A stretch of DNA of 64,000 bases, from contig DASRQX010000428.1 in the NCBI GenBank assembly GCA_035696165.1, positions 1,037-65,036 of the forward strand. Reading direction: 5' to 3'. Every line of letters starts with the position of its first letter. Position 1 is the first letter of the stretch. Source of the DNA: Acetobacteraceae bacterium (lineage in GTDB: Bacteria; Pseudomonadota; Alphaproteobacteria; Acetobacterales; Acetobacteraceae). Below the pieces are notes generated by a model. The model did no database searches. It saw nothing but the letters and a program-made list of their open reading frames with translations, and was not told the DNA's origin. The position numbers and the translations under genes were made by a program. Shown here piece after piece: positions 16,033-26,256 of the stretch.

Positions 16033-17301
16033 TCACGCCTGGCCGCGCAGGAATTTCGCAGCCTGCTGTTGCCAGGCCTGCGGCGTGATGTCGCCACGCA
16101 GCGCTTCCTGCCAATAGGGGGCGATCTTGTTCTGGTAATCGGTCCAGTTCTTCCAGGCGAAGGGCGGATGCCACCAGCTTGCCTGCGCGTCGATGGCGAC
16201 CTTGAAGAACCGATTGGTTTGGTACGCCGGCTCGGCGGCGATCGAACGGCGCACCGGCAGCAGGCCGCGCTTGGCCGTCAGCACGCGATCCGCGCCGCCC
16301 GAGCCCATGAACATTAGAAATTCCCAGGCCGCCTCCTTCTCCTTGCAGGAGCTGACGATGAATGCGCCTTCCGGATTGGCGAGCATGACGTCCTTGTCGC
16401 CGGCGCGCGGCGTCGGCACCACCTGGATGCGATCGCCCAGTGTCGCCAGAAGCTGCGGATGGGCGTGCGTGCCGTAGATCCACATTGCGGCAAGGCCCTT
16501 CTCCATCAGCGCGAAAATCTGCGGGTAGTTGTCGGTCACCGCGGTGGACTGGGCGGAGTGGTCCTTGGTGAACATTCCAACCCATTTCCCGGTCACCGCG
16601 GTGGCCGCCGGCGAATCGAAATCGACCTGGCCGGATGCCAAGTCGACGAACTTTGTTCCGGTGCTGCCCCAGATCGGCTCGATCACCTGCGTCGCATAAT
16701 AGGTCTGACCGCGCATGGCGTAGCCGGCCCGGTCGGCGGTGGTCATCGCCTTCGCCGCGGCGATGAACGCGTCGTAGGTGGCGGGCGGCTTGATCTTCGC
16801 GGCATCGAACCAATCGGCCCGATAATAGAGGACATATGGCAGGATGGCGTTCGGCATGTACAGCACAGGCTGGCCGGGTACTGACCGCATCGCGTCCACC
16901 ACGCTGGGGAAATAGTCGCTCTTGGCGTCCCATTTCTCGAAGAACGGGTCCACCGGGGACAGAATCCCGGTGTCGAACCAGTTCTGCACGTTGGTCTGCA
17001 CGGTGCCGGCGACATCGGGCGCCGACCCGGCGGCATAGGCCGAGGCGACCTTCCGCACGACGTCCATCACCGCCATCGTGGCATCGACCTCCACCGTGAT
17101 GAACTCTTGCGACTTGTTGAACGCGTCGACTGCATCCAGTACCATCTTCTGGTGTGCCGGGTTGTCGGCCCAGGTCCAGTAGCTGATCGTCGCCTTCTGG
17201 CGCACGGCAGGTGCCGCGAGGGCTTGCCTGGCGTTGCCGCCCAGCGCCGCGCCGCCGATCGCGGACAGCGCGGCGCGACGCGACATTCGATAGGTCTTCA
17301 T
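16033..17301 (-). CDS. ABC transporter substrate-binding protein (carbohydrate/family-1 type)
   Basis: 422 aa with the Tat-like signal MSRRAALSAIGGAALGG and a family-1 SBP body (..ISYWTWADNPAHQKMVLDAVDAFNK..). Confidence 0.85.
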   Translation of the reverse strand: MKTYRMSRRAALSAIGGAALGGNARQALAAPAVRQKATISYWTWADNPAHQKMVLDAVDAFNKSQEFITVEVDATMAVMDVVRKVASAYAAGSAPDVAGTVQTNVQNWFDTGILSPVDPFFEKWDAKSDYFPSVVDAMRSVPGQPVLYMPNAILPYVLYYRADWFDAAKIKPPATYDAFIAAAKAMTTADRAGYAMRGQTYYATQVIEPIWGSTGTKFVDLASGQVDFDSPAATAVTGKWVGMFTKDHSAQSTAVTDNYPQIFALMEKGLAAMWIYGTHAHPQLLATLGDRIQVVPTPRAGDKDVMLANPEGAFIVSSCKEKEAAWEFLMFMGSGGADRVLTAKRGLLPVRRSIAAEPAYQTNRFFKVAIDAQASWWHPPFAWKNWTDYQNKIAPYWQEALRGDITPQAWQQQAAKFLRGQA

Positions 17302-17332
17302 CTGGACGGTTCCCTTGTTTCCATTGTTGGTT

Positions 17333-18199
17333 TCAGCCCTTCACTGCGCCGGCCGAAAGGCCGCCGATCAGCATGCGCTGGAACAGCAGGAACAGCAGCG
17401 CGACCGGCAAGGTCGTCAGGATCGCGCCGGCGGCGCTGACGCCCCACACAGCGGGTTCACCTAGCACGAACAGGCGCAGGATGACCGGCAGCGTCTTGAC
17501 GTTGTCTGTGGTAGTGAACAGGTAGGCGAACACGAAATTGTTCCACGTCATGATGAAGGCGAGCAGCCCGCCGGCGACCAGCCCGGGGGCGGCCAACGGG
17601 ATCACGATGCGGACCAGCGTGCCCAGCCGGGTGCACCCGTCGACCTGCGCCGCCTCCTCCAACTCGCGCGGCAGAGTGGAGAAGTAGTTGATCATCAGCA
17701 GCAAAACGAACGGGGCCGTGTTGGTCGATTCCGCGAGGATTAGCCCGGGAAACGTGTTGATCAGGCCAAGGCGGCGGAAGATCACAAGCAACGGCACCAG
17801 CAGCACGACGCTGGGGATCATGTAGGTCAGCAGCATCGCCGTCAGCAGCGAGGCGCGGCCGGTGAAGCGGAAGCGCACGAAGCCGTAGGCGCCCAGGCTG
17901 GCCAGCACCAGGCCCAGCAGCATGGTGCCCGTGGCGACGATCGTGCTGTTGCGGAAATAGAGCGCAAACGGCACGTCCCGGAACAAATCGACATAGTTGC
18001 GCAGCGTCGGCGCGGCCGGGAAATACTGCACCGCGCGCGCGCTCGACCAGGGATGCGATGCGTCGGCGGTCGCCTCCGGCGTGATCGAGGCGATCAGGAT
18101 CCACACGAACGGCGCCAGCGAATAGGCAAGAATCACTGCCGCGCCGGCCGCCACCCAGCAGCGCCCCATCGCGCGAGCAAGCTGGGTGCGCCGTCTCAT
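17333..18199 (-). CDS. Carbohydrate ABC transporter permease (second membrane component)
   Basis: 288 aa from ATG 18199, which overlaps the upstream stop as ATGA. It carries an EAA-loop-type motif (LEEAAQVDGCTRLGTLVRIVIPLAAPG). Confidence 0.85.
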   Translation of the reverse strand: MRRRTQLARAMGRCWVAAGAAVILAYSLAPFVWILIASITPEATADASHPWSSARAVQYFPAAPTLRNYVDLFRDVPFALYFRNSTIVATGTMLLGLVLASLGAYGFVRFRFTGRASLLTAMLLTYMIPSVVLLVPLLVIFRRLGLINTFPGLILAESTNTAPFVLLLMINYFSTLPRELEEAAQVDGCTRLGTLVRIVIPLAAPGLVAGGLLAFIMTWNNFVFAYLFTTTDNVKTLPVILRLFVLGEPAVWGVSAAGAILTTLPVALLFLLFQRMLIGGLSAGAVKG

Positions 18200-19116
18200 G
18201 CCAGCACCGACCGCACCAGGTGCCGCACGTAGAAGATCGAGCCCAGCATCAGGATGATCGCCAACACCACCGCGACCGCCGAGGCATAGCCGATGTCGAA
18301 CTGCTGGATCAGCATGAAGCTGTACACCGACTCGGTGTAGTTGCTGAAGCCGGGGCCGCCCTGCGTCATGATGTAGATCATGTCGACGTAGTTCGACATC
18401 CAGATGATCCGCAGCAGCAGCAGGAACAGGATCGTCGGCATCAGGTGCGGCAGCGTGATCAGGCGGAAGCCCTGCCACGCGCTGGCACCATCGACCATTG
18501 CCGCCTCGTAGAGTTCGCGTGGGATCGCCTGCAGCACCGCCAGCAGAATGATCGCCATCAGCGGCTGGCCGGCCCAGACCATCGCCGCGGTGACCACCGC
18601 GAAACTGCCACCAGATTCGCCGAGCCAGGACACCGGATGGGCCAGCACGTGCAGCCGCACCAGCAGATCGTTGATGACTCCGAAATGCCCGTCCACCATG
18701 TACACCCAGAGCAGCGCGGTCACCGCCGGCGGAATGATGTAGGGCAGCAGGACGGCGGCGCGCACGAACCCGCGGCCACGGAAGCTCAGGTTGAGGAAGA
18801 GGGCGATCGGCAGGGCGATCGCGAGTTCCGACAGCACCACTGCGGCATCCCACCGCACGGTTCGCCAAAGTCCCTGCAGGAACACGTCGTCTTGCGCCAT
18901 GCGCAGCAGGTTGCCGAGCCCGATGAACCGGGCGCGCGCAAGTTGCAGCAGAGTGGCATCGGACAGGCCGATCCAGACCGCGTAAAGCACCGGGTAGACA
19001 CTGACCGCCAGCAGCAGGACGCCGATCGGCAGGATGAATGCGTAGGGCAGCGACCGGTTGCGGAGTCTGCGGATCGCGGCGCCATTGATCGCGCAGGCGG
19101 CACGCTCGGCGATCAT
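18196..19116 (-). CDS. Carbohydrate ABC transporter permease (first membrane component)
   Basis: 306 aa from ATG 19116. EAA-loop motif LYEAAMVDGASAWQGFRLITLPHLMP. Confidence 0.85.
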   Translation of the reverse strand: MIAERAACAINGAAIRRLRNRSLPYAFILPIGVLLLAVSVYPVLYAVWIGLSDATLLQLARARFIGLGNLLRMAQDDVFLQGLWRTVRWDAAVVLSELAIALPIALFLNLSFRGRGFVRAAVLLPYIIPPAVTALLWVYMVDGHFGVINDLLVRLHVLAHPVSWLGESGGSFAVVTAAMVWAGQPLMAIILLAVLQAIPRELYEAAMVDGASAWQGFRLITLPHLMPTILFLLLLRIIWMSNYVDMIYIMTQGGPGFSNYTESVYSFMLIQQFDIGYASAVAVVLAIILMLGSIFYVRHLVRSVLA

Positions 19117-19230
19117 CTGGAGTGTGCGACCGACATCACGCGATGTTCCGTTTCCCTGACCGTTTCCCCGGCTGTTTGCCCGGGCCGGGCACGCGATTGG
19201 CGTTCGCCCCGCCAGACCATGCGGCGGATT

Positions 19231-19244
19231 TTGAAAGGGTTCAA
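19231..19244. promoter_or_regulatory. Palindromic box TTGAAAGGGTTCAA (TTGA-N6-TCAA class), site 1
   Basis: Exact inverted repeat TTGAA-N4-TTCAA, 115 nt upstream of the permease ATG at 19116, inside the 229-bp intergenic gap. Confidence 0.45.
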
Positions 19245-19345
19245 GTGCGGTACGCAGCCTGGCGCAAGCTTGCCTGGCAATGCGGGTATGTGATCGACGT
19301 CGCGACCGGAAGCGATGGAAGCGGCATCGGTTCGAGCGACGTCGA

Positions 19346-20077
19346 TCACTCCCACGCAATCTTGAAGCGATCGATCGTCACACCGTTCGCGGCGCCGAGC
19401 CTGATCACGTTCACCGTCCCGGCCAGATCGGGCGAACCCGAATAGTAGGCGGGCACGCTGCCATCGCCGACCCGAACCGGCCGATCCCAGTGGCCGAGTG
19501 CAACATAGTCGGCCATTGTCGCGGCGATGTCCTGGTCGCTGAACTTCCAGGCGCGATGCGCTTCCCTCTGCCATTCCCCTGGCGGCACGTAATGGCCGTG
19601 CGCCATGACAACCTGCCATCGTGTGGTGCGCGGATACGGTGCGTGGAACAGCGGCATATTGTCGTAGCCGTGATGCGCGCGGCCGCGAATTTCGAGTCCG
19701 TGATGGTTGAACAGAATGCTGTCCGGATCGGTGATGCCGAGCACATGGACCTCGGGCAGACCAACCAGGCCGGCGCGGCGGAACAGGCAATTCGGCATCA
19801 CTGGGTCATGGTTGCCGGGCAGCAGCACGACGGGCACGCCCGCTGCCGCAATGAGTTCGGTCGCGCGCTGCAGCACCGGCGTGCGGATGCGATGGTTGTC
19901 AAACGTATCGCCAGCGAGAAGAACCGCATCCGCCGCCAACCGCCGTGCGGTCGCGAGCACCCCGGCGAGACCAATGAGGCCGGTATAGGCGCTGACGCCG
20001 CGGTCGTCGTCCACATGCAGATCCGAGCTGTGCACCAGCACGAGGCCCGGGGTTTGATGGTCAGCCGAGGTACGCAT
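19346..20077 (-). CDS. Metallophosphoesterase (calcineurin-like phosphoesterase family)
   Basis: 243 aa with the motifs LVHSSDLHVDDD, LLAGDTFDN, LLPGNHD and MAHGHY. Confidence 0.7.
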   Translation of the reverse strand: MRTSADHQTPGLVLVHSSDLHVDDDRGVSAYTGLIGLAGVLATARRLAADAVLLAGDTFDNHRIRTPVLQRATELIAAAGVPVVLLPGNHDPVMPNCLFRRAGLVGLPEVHVLGITDPDSILFNHHGLEIRGRAHHGYDNMPLFHAPYPRTTRWQVVMAHGHYVPPGEWQREAHRAWKFSDQDIAATMADYVALGHWDRPVRVGDGSVPAYYSGSPDLAGTVNVIRLGAANGVTIDRFKIAWE

Positions 20078-20324
20078 GAAGGTGCCTAGCGCGTCGGTGG
20101 TCGGATTGCCGGTCGCCGGTCATGCCACTGCCACGCTTCGGTTGGGGACCGTGCCGCATCGCGCAAGACCGGCACCCACGGCGTCGCGCCGCTCTTCGCT
20201 GGCATGACGAGACGGCCAACACATGCGCGATATGACGACCCGGCGATTGCATGGCGGGCCGCTGGCCCGCACGCCATCACTGCCGCGCGACGCAACAGCC
20301 GCTGGCGACTGGCGCGGTGCAGGA

Positions 20325-21908
20325 TCAGTCCTCAACCTGTGGCACCCCGATCGTGTTGCCGGCAACGTCGGGCCAAGGCCCGGCCGCCCCCCCCATGCCC
20401 CGGCCGCGCCGCAACGCCAGGTGAGCATAAAGCTGCGCCAGCATCAGCACCGTGCAGCATCCGAGAAACACCGCGCTGATCGGACGAGTGACGAAAACCC
20501 CGAGATGCCCGTTGGAGATCGCCAGCGCATTGCGAAAATTCTCCTCCATGCGCGGCCCGAGAACAAAGCCCAGCAGGATCGGCGCCACGTGGAAGCGCAG
20601 CGCGATGAGAAGATACCCGACGATCCCGAAGATCAGCGTCTCGCCCACTTCGAACAGACTGTTCTTTGCGCTGTAGACGCCGATGCAGACGAAGCACAGC
20701 GCGCAGGGGTAGAGCACCCGGTACGGGATGGCGAGCAGGCGCACCCAGATGCCGATCAACGGAACATTCAGGATGACCAGCAGAAGGTTGCCGACCCAGA
20801 AACTTGCGATCAGGCCCCAGAAAATGTCGGGGTGCTCGGAGATCAGCATCGGCCCCGGCGTGATGCCCTGGATCATCAGCGCACCCAGCAGCAGCGCCAT
20901 GCCGGAATCCCCGGGGATGCCCATGCTCATGGTCGGAATGAAATCGCCCTGTACCGAGGAATGGGTGGATGCTTCGGGGCTCGCGACGCCGGCGATCATG
21001 CCGGTACCGAAGCGCTCCGGCGTCCGTGAGAGCTTCTTTTCCAGGGCGTATGCAACGAAAGACGCAATCGTCGGTCCGGTGCCCGGCACCATCGCGCACA
21101 GGCTGCCGACCAACGTGCCGCGGACCATCGGCATGGCGGCGGTGCGCAGTTCGGCGCGGTTGGGCAGCATGTCGCGCAGCCGGAGTCGCGCGCCAGGCAC
21201 GTGCAGTGGTGCGATGCGGTTGATGCTTTTCAGGAATTCGGCGATCCCGAACATGCCGAGCGCGAGTGCCACCAGCTCTACGCCATCGTAAAGATTGAGG
21301 AAGCCGAAGGTGAACCGCGGCGTGCCGGTGTTCATATCGACGCCTGCCAGGCCGAGCACCTGCCCAAGCAGCGTCATGGCGACGCCCTTGAGCGGCGATC
21401 CGCGTGCCAAGGTCGAGCCGGCAAGCAACCCCAGCAGCATCAGCGAACAGATATCCGCCGGACCGAAATCCACCGCGAACCGGGCGACCACCGGGGCGAA
21501 GAACGTCATCTCCACGATGCCGAACGCGGCCCCCATGCAAGCGGCGATGATGGCAATGCCGAGCGCGGTGCCGCCCCTGCCCTGCCGGGTGAGCGGAAAC
21601 CCGTCCAGGCAGGTCACGGCGTGCGGCGGGTGACAGGGAAGGTTCAGCAATATCGAGCAAATCGCGCCGCCGTACTGGGCGCCGTAATAGATGCCGGCGA
21701 GCATAAGGATGGCCGCGACCGGTTTCATACCGAATGTGAGCGGCAGCAGGATCGACACGGTGGACAACACACCTAGGCCCGGTAGCACGCCGACGAGGTT
21801 GCCGATGAGCACGCCGACAAAGCACCAGACCAGGTTCGCCGGCAGCAGCGCGACCGCAAATCCGTGCCCGAGATCGTGGATCGCCGTGATCACGTCGCCC
21901 AAGGCCAT
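20325..21908 (-). CDS. tctA: Tripartite tricarboxylate transporter (TTT) large permease TctA
   Basis: 527 aa from ATG 21908 (MALGDVITAIHDLGHGFAVALLPANLVWCFVGVLIGNLVGVLPGLG..). Typical TctA N-terminus and multi-TM body. Confidence 0.85.
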   Translation of the reverse strand: MALGDVITAIHDLGHGFAVALLPANLVWCFVGVLIGNLVGVLPGLGVLSTVSILLPLTFGMKPVAAILMLAGIYYGAQYGGAICSILLNLPCHPPHAVTCLDGFPLTRQGRGGTALGIAIIAACMGAAFGIVEMTFFAPVVARFAVDFGPADICSLMLLGLLAGSTLARGSPLKGVAMTLLGQVLGLAGVDMNTGTPRFTFGFLNLYDGVELVALALGMFGIAEFLKSINRIAPLHVPGARLRLRDMLPNRAELRTAAMPMVRGTLVGSLCAMVPGTGPTIASFVAYALEKKLSRTPERFGTGMIAGVASPEASTHSSVQGDFIPTMSMGIPGDSGMALLLGALMIQGITPGPMLISEHPDIFWGLIASFWVGNLLLVILNVPLIGIWVRLLAIPYRVLYPCALCFVCIGVYSAKNSLFEVGETLIFGIVGYLLIALRFHVAPILLGFVLGPRMEENFRNALAISNGHLGVFVTRPISAVFLGCCTVLMLAQLYAHLALRRGRGMGGAAGPWPDVAGNTIGVPQVED

Positions 21909-22366
21909 TGCCAAAGCGGCATGTTGATCCCCAGCAGGTAGCCAAACAGCACGGTGCCGGCGACCGACATGGCCACCGCCAGGGTCAGGCTGCCCTTCAG
22001 CGAGGTCGTGCGATCGCCGAGGGCACCGATGAAGACGCACGCGAAGATCGCTGGGGCCAGCCCGCTCAGCCAGGCGACAATGATGAATGCCGCGACGCCG
22101 CCGACGATGCAGGCGCAGCCGCGCCAGTCCGGGCCGTCGACCGGCTCCGTCCCGGCGTCGTCGCCCGTGGGTGACGCAGTCAGCGCCGTGCCGACGATCA
22201 GCAGCCCCACCAGTGTCAGCAACGCGCCGAGCACTGCCGGATAGAATCCCGGGCCCAGGCTGGACAGCGAGCCGATCGTCTCGTTGTGTGCCTCCACCAG
22301 CACGCCGCCACCGCCGGCGAGGCAAATCACGCCGGATACAAGGTCCCGATAGCGGAAAGACAGCAT
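21890..22366 (-). CDS. tctB: TTT small membrane subunit TctB
   Basis: 158 aa with four hydrophobic segments. It lies between the TctC and TctA genes and overlaps the tctA start by 19 nt. Confidence 0.7.
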   Translation of the reverse strand: MLSFRYRDLVSGVICLAGGGGVLVEAHNETIGSLSSLGPGFYPAVLGALLTLVGLLIVGTALTASPTGDDAGTEPVDGPDWRGCACIVGGVAAFIIVAWLSGLAPAIFACVFIGALGDRTTSLKGSLTLAVAMSVAGTVLFGYLLGINMPLWQWPWAT

Positions 22367-22388
22367 CGCGCCGCGCCCGACAGCCCGT

Positions 22389-23390
22389 CTAAGGCGACCG
22401 CAACGTCGCGATGATCGGCTTCACCCTTGTCTCGGCGTCGATCCAGACCTTGGTGAAGCCGGCTGGGTCCAGGTAGGCTGGGGTCAACGCAAGCGCCCTC
22501 AGCTTCTTCTGGTGGTCGGGGTTTTCTATCACCGACCGCATCGCATTGGTCAGCACCGAGACGACATTCGGCGGCGTTCCCGCCGGCGCCACCACACCCG
22601 TCTCCGACACCGCGATCACGTCGTAGCCTTGCGACTGGATGGTTGGCACGTCGGGCATCGACCAGTCGGGCTGCTCGGTGGCGATGCCCAACACGCGAAA
22701 CTCACCGGTCTTCTTGTATTGCAGTGCATCGACGGTGCCGCCGGCCAGCACGTCGACATGGCTGCCGAGCAGGGCGGTGACCGATGGCGCACCGCCATCG
22801 AAATGAACCGGCGTGAACCGCACCCCCGCCACGTGGCCGAGCATGAGCGTCTCGAAATTCGGCACGCCCATCAGGCCGCTGTCGCTGACGGTGATCGCGC
22901 CGGGATGCGCGCGCGCCGCCTCCACTAGATCCTTGATCGTGTGATAGGGACCATCCGCGCGCACCGCAAGGACCTCCGGCGCCTGGTAGTGCCGGGCGAT
23001 CGGCTGGAAGCTGGCCCGTGTATAGATCGCCCCGCGGGTCGGATCGAGGTAATGCGTCACCACGGTCGGGATCACGATATACGACAGCGTGTAGCCGTCC
23101 GGCTTGGCGCGCACGAGCTGGGTCAGCGCCACCTGCGACCCCGCGCCCGGACGGTTGACCACCTGTACCGAGGTGTGGAGCAACGGCTCTAGCGCCGCCG
23201 CCATCAGGCGTGCGCTGGTGTCAGTGGCGCCGCCGGGAGCATAGCCGACCAGGATCGTGATCGGCCGGCCATGTTCCGGGTAGTCCGCGGCGATGGCCGC
23301 GGTGGTCCACGCGAGCAGCAGCAGAAGTGGCGCGACGGCGGCGGCGAAGCGTGTCCGGGCACGAGACGGTTGCACTTTTCTTCCTCCCAT
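22389..23390 (-). CDS. tctC: TTT substrate-binding protein TctC (Bug family)
   Basis: ..YPEHGRPITILVGYAPGGATDTSARLMA.. is the Bug/TctC signature. The start is ATG 23390, or alternatively GTG 23375, which has a better GGAGGA spacing. Confidence 0.85.
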   Translation of the reverse strand: MGGRKVQPSRARTRFAAAVAPLLLLLAWTTAAIAADYPEHGRPITILVGYAPGGATDTSARLMAAALEPLLHTSVQVVNRPGAGSQVALTQLVRAKPDGYTLSYIVIPTVVTHYLDPTRGAIYTRASFQPIARHYQAPEVLAVRADGPYHTIKDLVEAARAHPGAITVSDSGLMGVPNFETLMLGHVAGVRFTPVHFDGGAPSVTALLGSHVDVLAGGTVDALQYKKTGEFRVLGIATEQPDWSMPDVPTIQSQGYDVIAVSETGVVAPAGTPPNVVSVLTNAMRSVIENPDHQKKLRALALTPAYLDPAGFTKVWIDAETRVKPIIATLRSP

Positions 23391-23468
23391 TGCGGGTGCG
23401 GGATGCCGTCGCGCCCGTTGTTCCGATCGCGACCGGTGCCGCCGCATTCGGCGCGCACTTGACCCCGA

Positions 23469-24302
23469 TCAGCGAAGTTTCCACACCGGCCTGCGCTTTT
23501 CGCGGAATGCCTGGGCGCCTTCCTGGCCATCCTCGGTCTCGGCGATCTCCTGGTCCAGGTGCCGCGCATAGGCCAGCAGCGGCGGCGGGAAGGCGCCGGT
23601 CAGGCGGTACAGCCGCACCGCGCCCTGTGTCGCCAACGGGGAGCCGAGGCAGACCATCTCGGCCAGTTGTTCCGCCGCCTCGATCACCTTGTCACGCGGA
23701 ACGACTTTGTTGACGATCGCCCATTGCAGACATTCCTGGGCGGTGAGGCGTCCGTTGCACAATGTCAGGTAGGCCGCGACGGTGCGCGGCAATGCCTGAT
23801 ACATCTCGTGCGGCGCGCCGAGGCGACCCACGTTGGTGTGCTGGTCGCCAAGCCACGCATCGTCGGCCATGACACGCAGTTGGCATTGCAACGCGATGTT
23901 CAGGCCGACCCCGACGGCGAAGCCGTTCAGCGCGGCAATCAGCGGCTTTTCCAGGTTGACGTCCTGCGGCTGCCCGCCGCCACCCCAGTGGTAATGCGGG
24001 CTGTTCGGATCTTCGTGCGGCGTGCGCTTTCCCTCGGCAAAGTGCGCCGCGAGGAATTTCACGTCGCGCCCGCCGCAGAACGCCTGGCCAGTGCCGGTGA
24101 CGATTCCCACGTAGATGTTCGGGTCCAGTCCGATGTCGCGCCAGCAGGAACGCAGCTCGATATAGGCGTAGCTGTGCAGCGCGTTACGCACTTCCGGTCG
24201 ATTGATTGTGACGTAGGCAACGTTGCCCTTTTTCTCGTACTTGATGAATTCCAGGTTCTTCGGCGCGCTGGCGGGATCGTACGGGGATTGCGGCTTCGGC
24301 AT
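23469..24302 (-). CDS. Enoyl-CoA hydratase/isomerase (crotonase) family protein
   Basis: 277 aa from ATG 24302. ..KKGNVAYVTINRPEVRNALH.. and GTGQAFCGGRDVK.. are crotonase motifs. Confidence 0.8.
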   Translation of the reverse strand: MPKPQSPYDPASAPKNLEFIKYEKKGNVAYVTINRPEVRNALHSYAYIELRSCWRDIGLDPNIYVGIVTGTGQAFCGGRDVKFLAAHFAEGKRTPHEDPNSPHYHWGGGGQPQDVNLEKPLIAALNGFAVGVGLNIALQCQLRVMADDAWLGDQHTNVGRLGAPHEMYQALPRTVAAYLTLCNGRLTAQECLQWAIVNKVVPRDKVIEAAEQLAEMVCLGSPLATQGAVRLYRLTGAFPPPLLAYARHLDQEIAETEDGQEGAQAFREKRRPVWKLR

Positions 24303-24319
24303 GATGTAGGCTCCATTTT

Positions 24320-25369
24320 TCAGACGGTGGCGATGGGGGTTGCGGGGGATCCGGTTGCGCCGGGCAGACGCAGCGGCGGCGCGGTCAGCATGAAGCGGTG
24401 GCGGCCGGCCTGGAGCAGCCACTGCGCCAACGGGGTCAGATGCCACAGTTCGCCCAGGTGCACGCCCAGCTTGAACAGGCAGTGTTCGTGCAGGGGCGCC
24501 GCCGCACAGCAGCCGATATGCTCCAGCGCGGGAAATGCTTCGACGGCAAAATTGTCGGCAATCAGCACCGCGAGGCCGCTGTCGGTGATCCACCGCAGCA
24601 GGCGCTGGTCGCGGCCATCCAGCACGGCGCAACGGTTGTGCGCGAGTTCCGCGTCCACCTGGCCGAAGTTGCGCAGCAGCAGGTCAGAGTAGCCGGTGTG
24701 CAGGCAGACCATATCGCCGGTTTCGACCGCGATATGGCCCTGGTCCAGCACGCGCATCAGCGCCTCGTAGCCGATCACGACGCGCCGGTCGCCGACGCTT
24801 GCGTGTAGGTCGATCATCACGCCGCGGCCCTGCACGCAGGTGGCCGCCATGCCCTCGATGCCCAACGCCTTCGCGCAGGAGGTGGATGTCGCCTCGAACA
24901 TGCCGACCGCACCGGCGTCAGCTGGATCGGCAGGCCCCACGATGTCGGTGTCGGCGCGAAAACCGTTGTAGTACCGGGGCTCCGGCACGCCATCGCCATC
25001 GGCGTCGAACATGAACCCGACATGGGAAAACGCGTCCCAGTGCGTGGAGTACTGCGTGTGCAGCACCGCCGCGTCGTCGCAAATCAGGTCGGTGGCATCG
25101 GGATTGTCGACCGACACGCGATAGTTCATCCGCACACGGCCGTTGCGCAGGGTGGGGCGCAGCACGGGCGGAAAACGGCTGGGGCTGAGAACGTTGCCGC
25201 CCGGCCGGTCCAACGGCAGGCTGAGGCAGAAGGTCAACCCCTCCTGGATCTCCCGCGCCGCGGCGCGCACCCGCTCCGGCGTGATCAGGTTCAGCCGTCC
25301 AAGCTGGTCGTCGGGGCCGAAATCACCCCAGGTCGAACCATCCGGCCGGTGCGTCCAGCGCGCTGCCAT
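24320..25369 (-). CDS. Cyclase-family protein (kynurenine-formamidase-like metal hydrolase, PF04199 type)
   Basis: 349 aa from ATG 25369. ..GRLNLITPERV.. and HTQYSTHWDAFSHV fit the cyclase-family HxGTHxDxPxH-like motif. Confidence 0.7.
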   Translation of the reverse strand: MAARWTHRPDGSTWGDFGPDDQLGRLNLITPERVRAAAREIQEGLTFCLSLPLDRPGGNVLSPSRFPPVLRPTLRNGRVRMNYRVSVDNPDATDLICDDAAVLHTQYSTHWDAFSHVGFMFDADGDGVPEPRYYNGFRADTDIVGPADPADAGAVGMFEATSTSCAKALGIEGMAATCVQGRGVMIDLHASVGDRRVVIGYEALMRVLDQGHIAVETGDMVCLHTGYSDLLLRNFGQVDAELAHNRCAVLDGRDQRLLRWITDSGLAVLIADNFAVEAFPALEHIGCCAAAPLHEHCLFKLGVHLGELWHLTPLAQWLLQAGRHRFMLTAPPLRLPGATGSPATPIATV

Positions 25370-25373
25370 GTTG

Positions 25374-26216
25374 TCACCCTCCCGTCGTGTCGCGGGCCGT
25401 CTTGTCGAAGCCAGCCCCGTCACCGACCGGCGCACCCGTCGCTGGTGCACCGAACGCTGGCTTGCGCTTCTCGAAAAAAGCGCGCCGCGCCTCCACCCCG
25501 TCCGGCGACATGCTGAGTTCGGTGGTGTAAACTTGTTCGCTGTGGAAGCCCTCGCGCATGTCCAGCGCCTCGACGGCAAAGAACGAGCCACGGATGCGCC
25601 TGACGGCAGCAGTTCTCTTCGCCGCGATGGTGCTGGCGAGCGCGATCGCGGCCGGCAGCAGCTCCGCGGCCGGTAGGCACGCCTCCACGGCGCCCAGGCG
25701 ATACAGTTCCGCAGCCGGAACGCGCTCGCCGGTCAACATCATCCGGCGCACCTTCGACGGCGGCAGGATGCGCTGCAGCACGCTGGCGCCGCCCCCCTGG
25801 CCCACGTCGATTTCCGGCATGCCGAAGGTCGCGGTATCGGCCGCCAGGATCATGTCGCAGCACGCGGCCAACACGAAGCCCGCGCCCAGCGCCGCACCGT
25901 TCACCGCGGCGATCACCGGCTTGCTGCTGTCAACGATGCAAAAGAACGCGTCACGGGTCAGCCGGTTGGCGCGCACATAATCGCCGTCGCCATCGCTGAA
26001 GACCTTCTTCTCCTTGATGTCCGCGCCGGCGCAGAACACGTGGCCGCGCGCCGTCAGCACGATGCAGCGCACCTCCGCAGTGGCCTCCAGCCGGTCGAAG
26101 ACGCGCAGCATGGCCTCGCGTGTCTCGCGACCCAGCGCATTCACCGGCGGGCGCGTCAATGTCACCACGGCGACGTTGGGTACCGCGATCGTCACGTCGA
26201 TGTTCGTATCGTTCAT
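25374..26216 (-). CDS. Enoyl-CoA hydratase/isomerase (crotonase) family protein
   Basis: 280 aa. VAVVTLTRPPVNALG.. and VFCAGADIKE.. are crotonase motifs. Confidence 0.8.
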   Translation of the reverse strand: MNDTNIDVTIAVPNVAVVTLTRPPVNALGRETREAMLRVFDRLEATAEVRCIVLTARGHVFCAGADIKEKKVFSDGDGDYVRANRLTRDAFFCIVDSSKPVIAAVNGAALGAGFVLAACCDMILAADTATFGMPEIDVGQGGGASVLQRILPPSKVRRMMLTGERVPAAELYRLGAVEACLPAAELLPAAIALASTIAAKRTAAVRRIRGSFFAVEALDMREGFHSEQVYTTELSMSPDGVEARRAFFEKRKPAFGAPATGAPVGDGAGFDKTARDTTGG

Positions 26217-26256
26217 GCAATTCTCTCCAACAATCGTCTCTCGCCGTCACGCCCGG

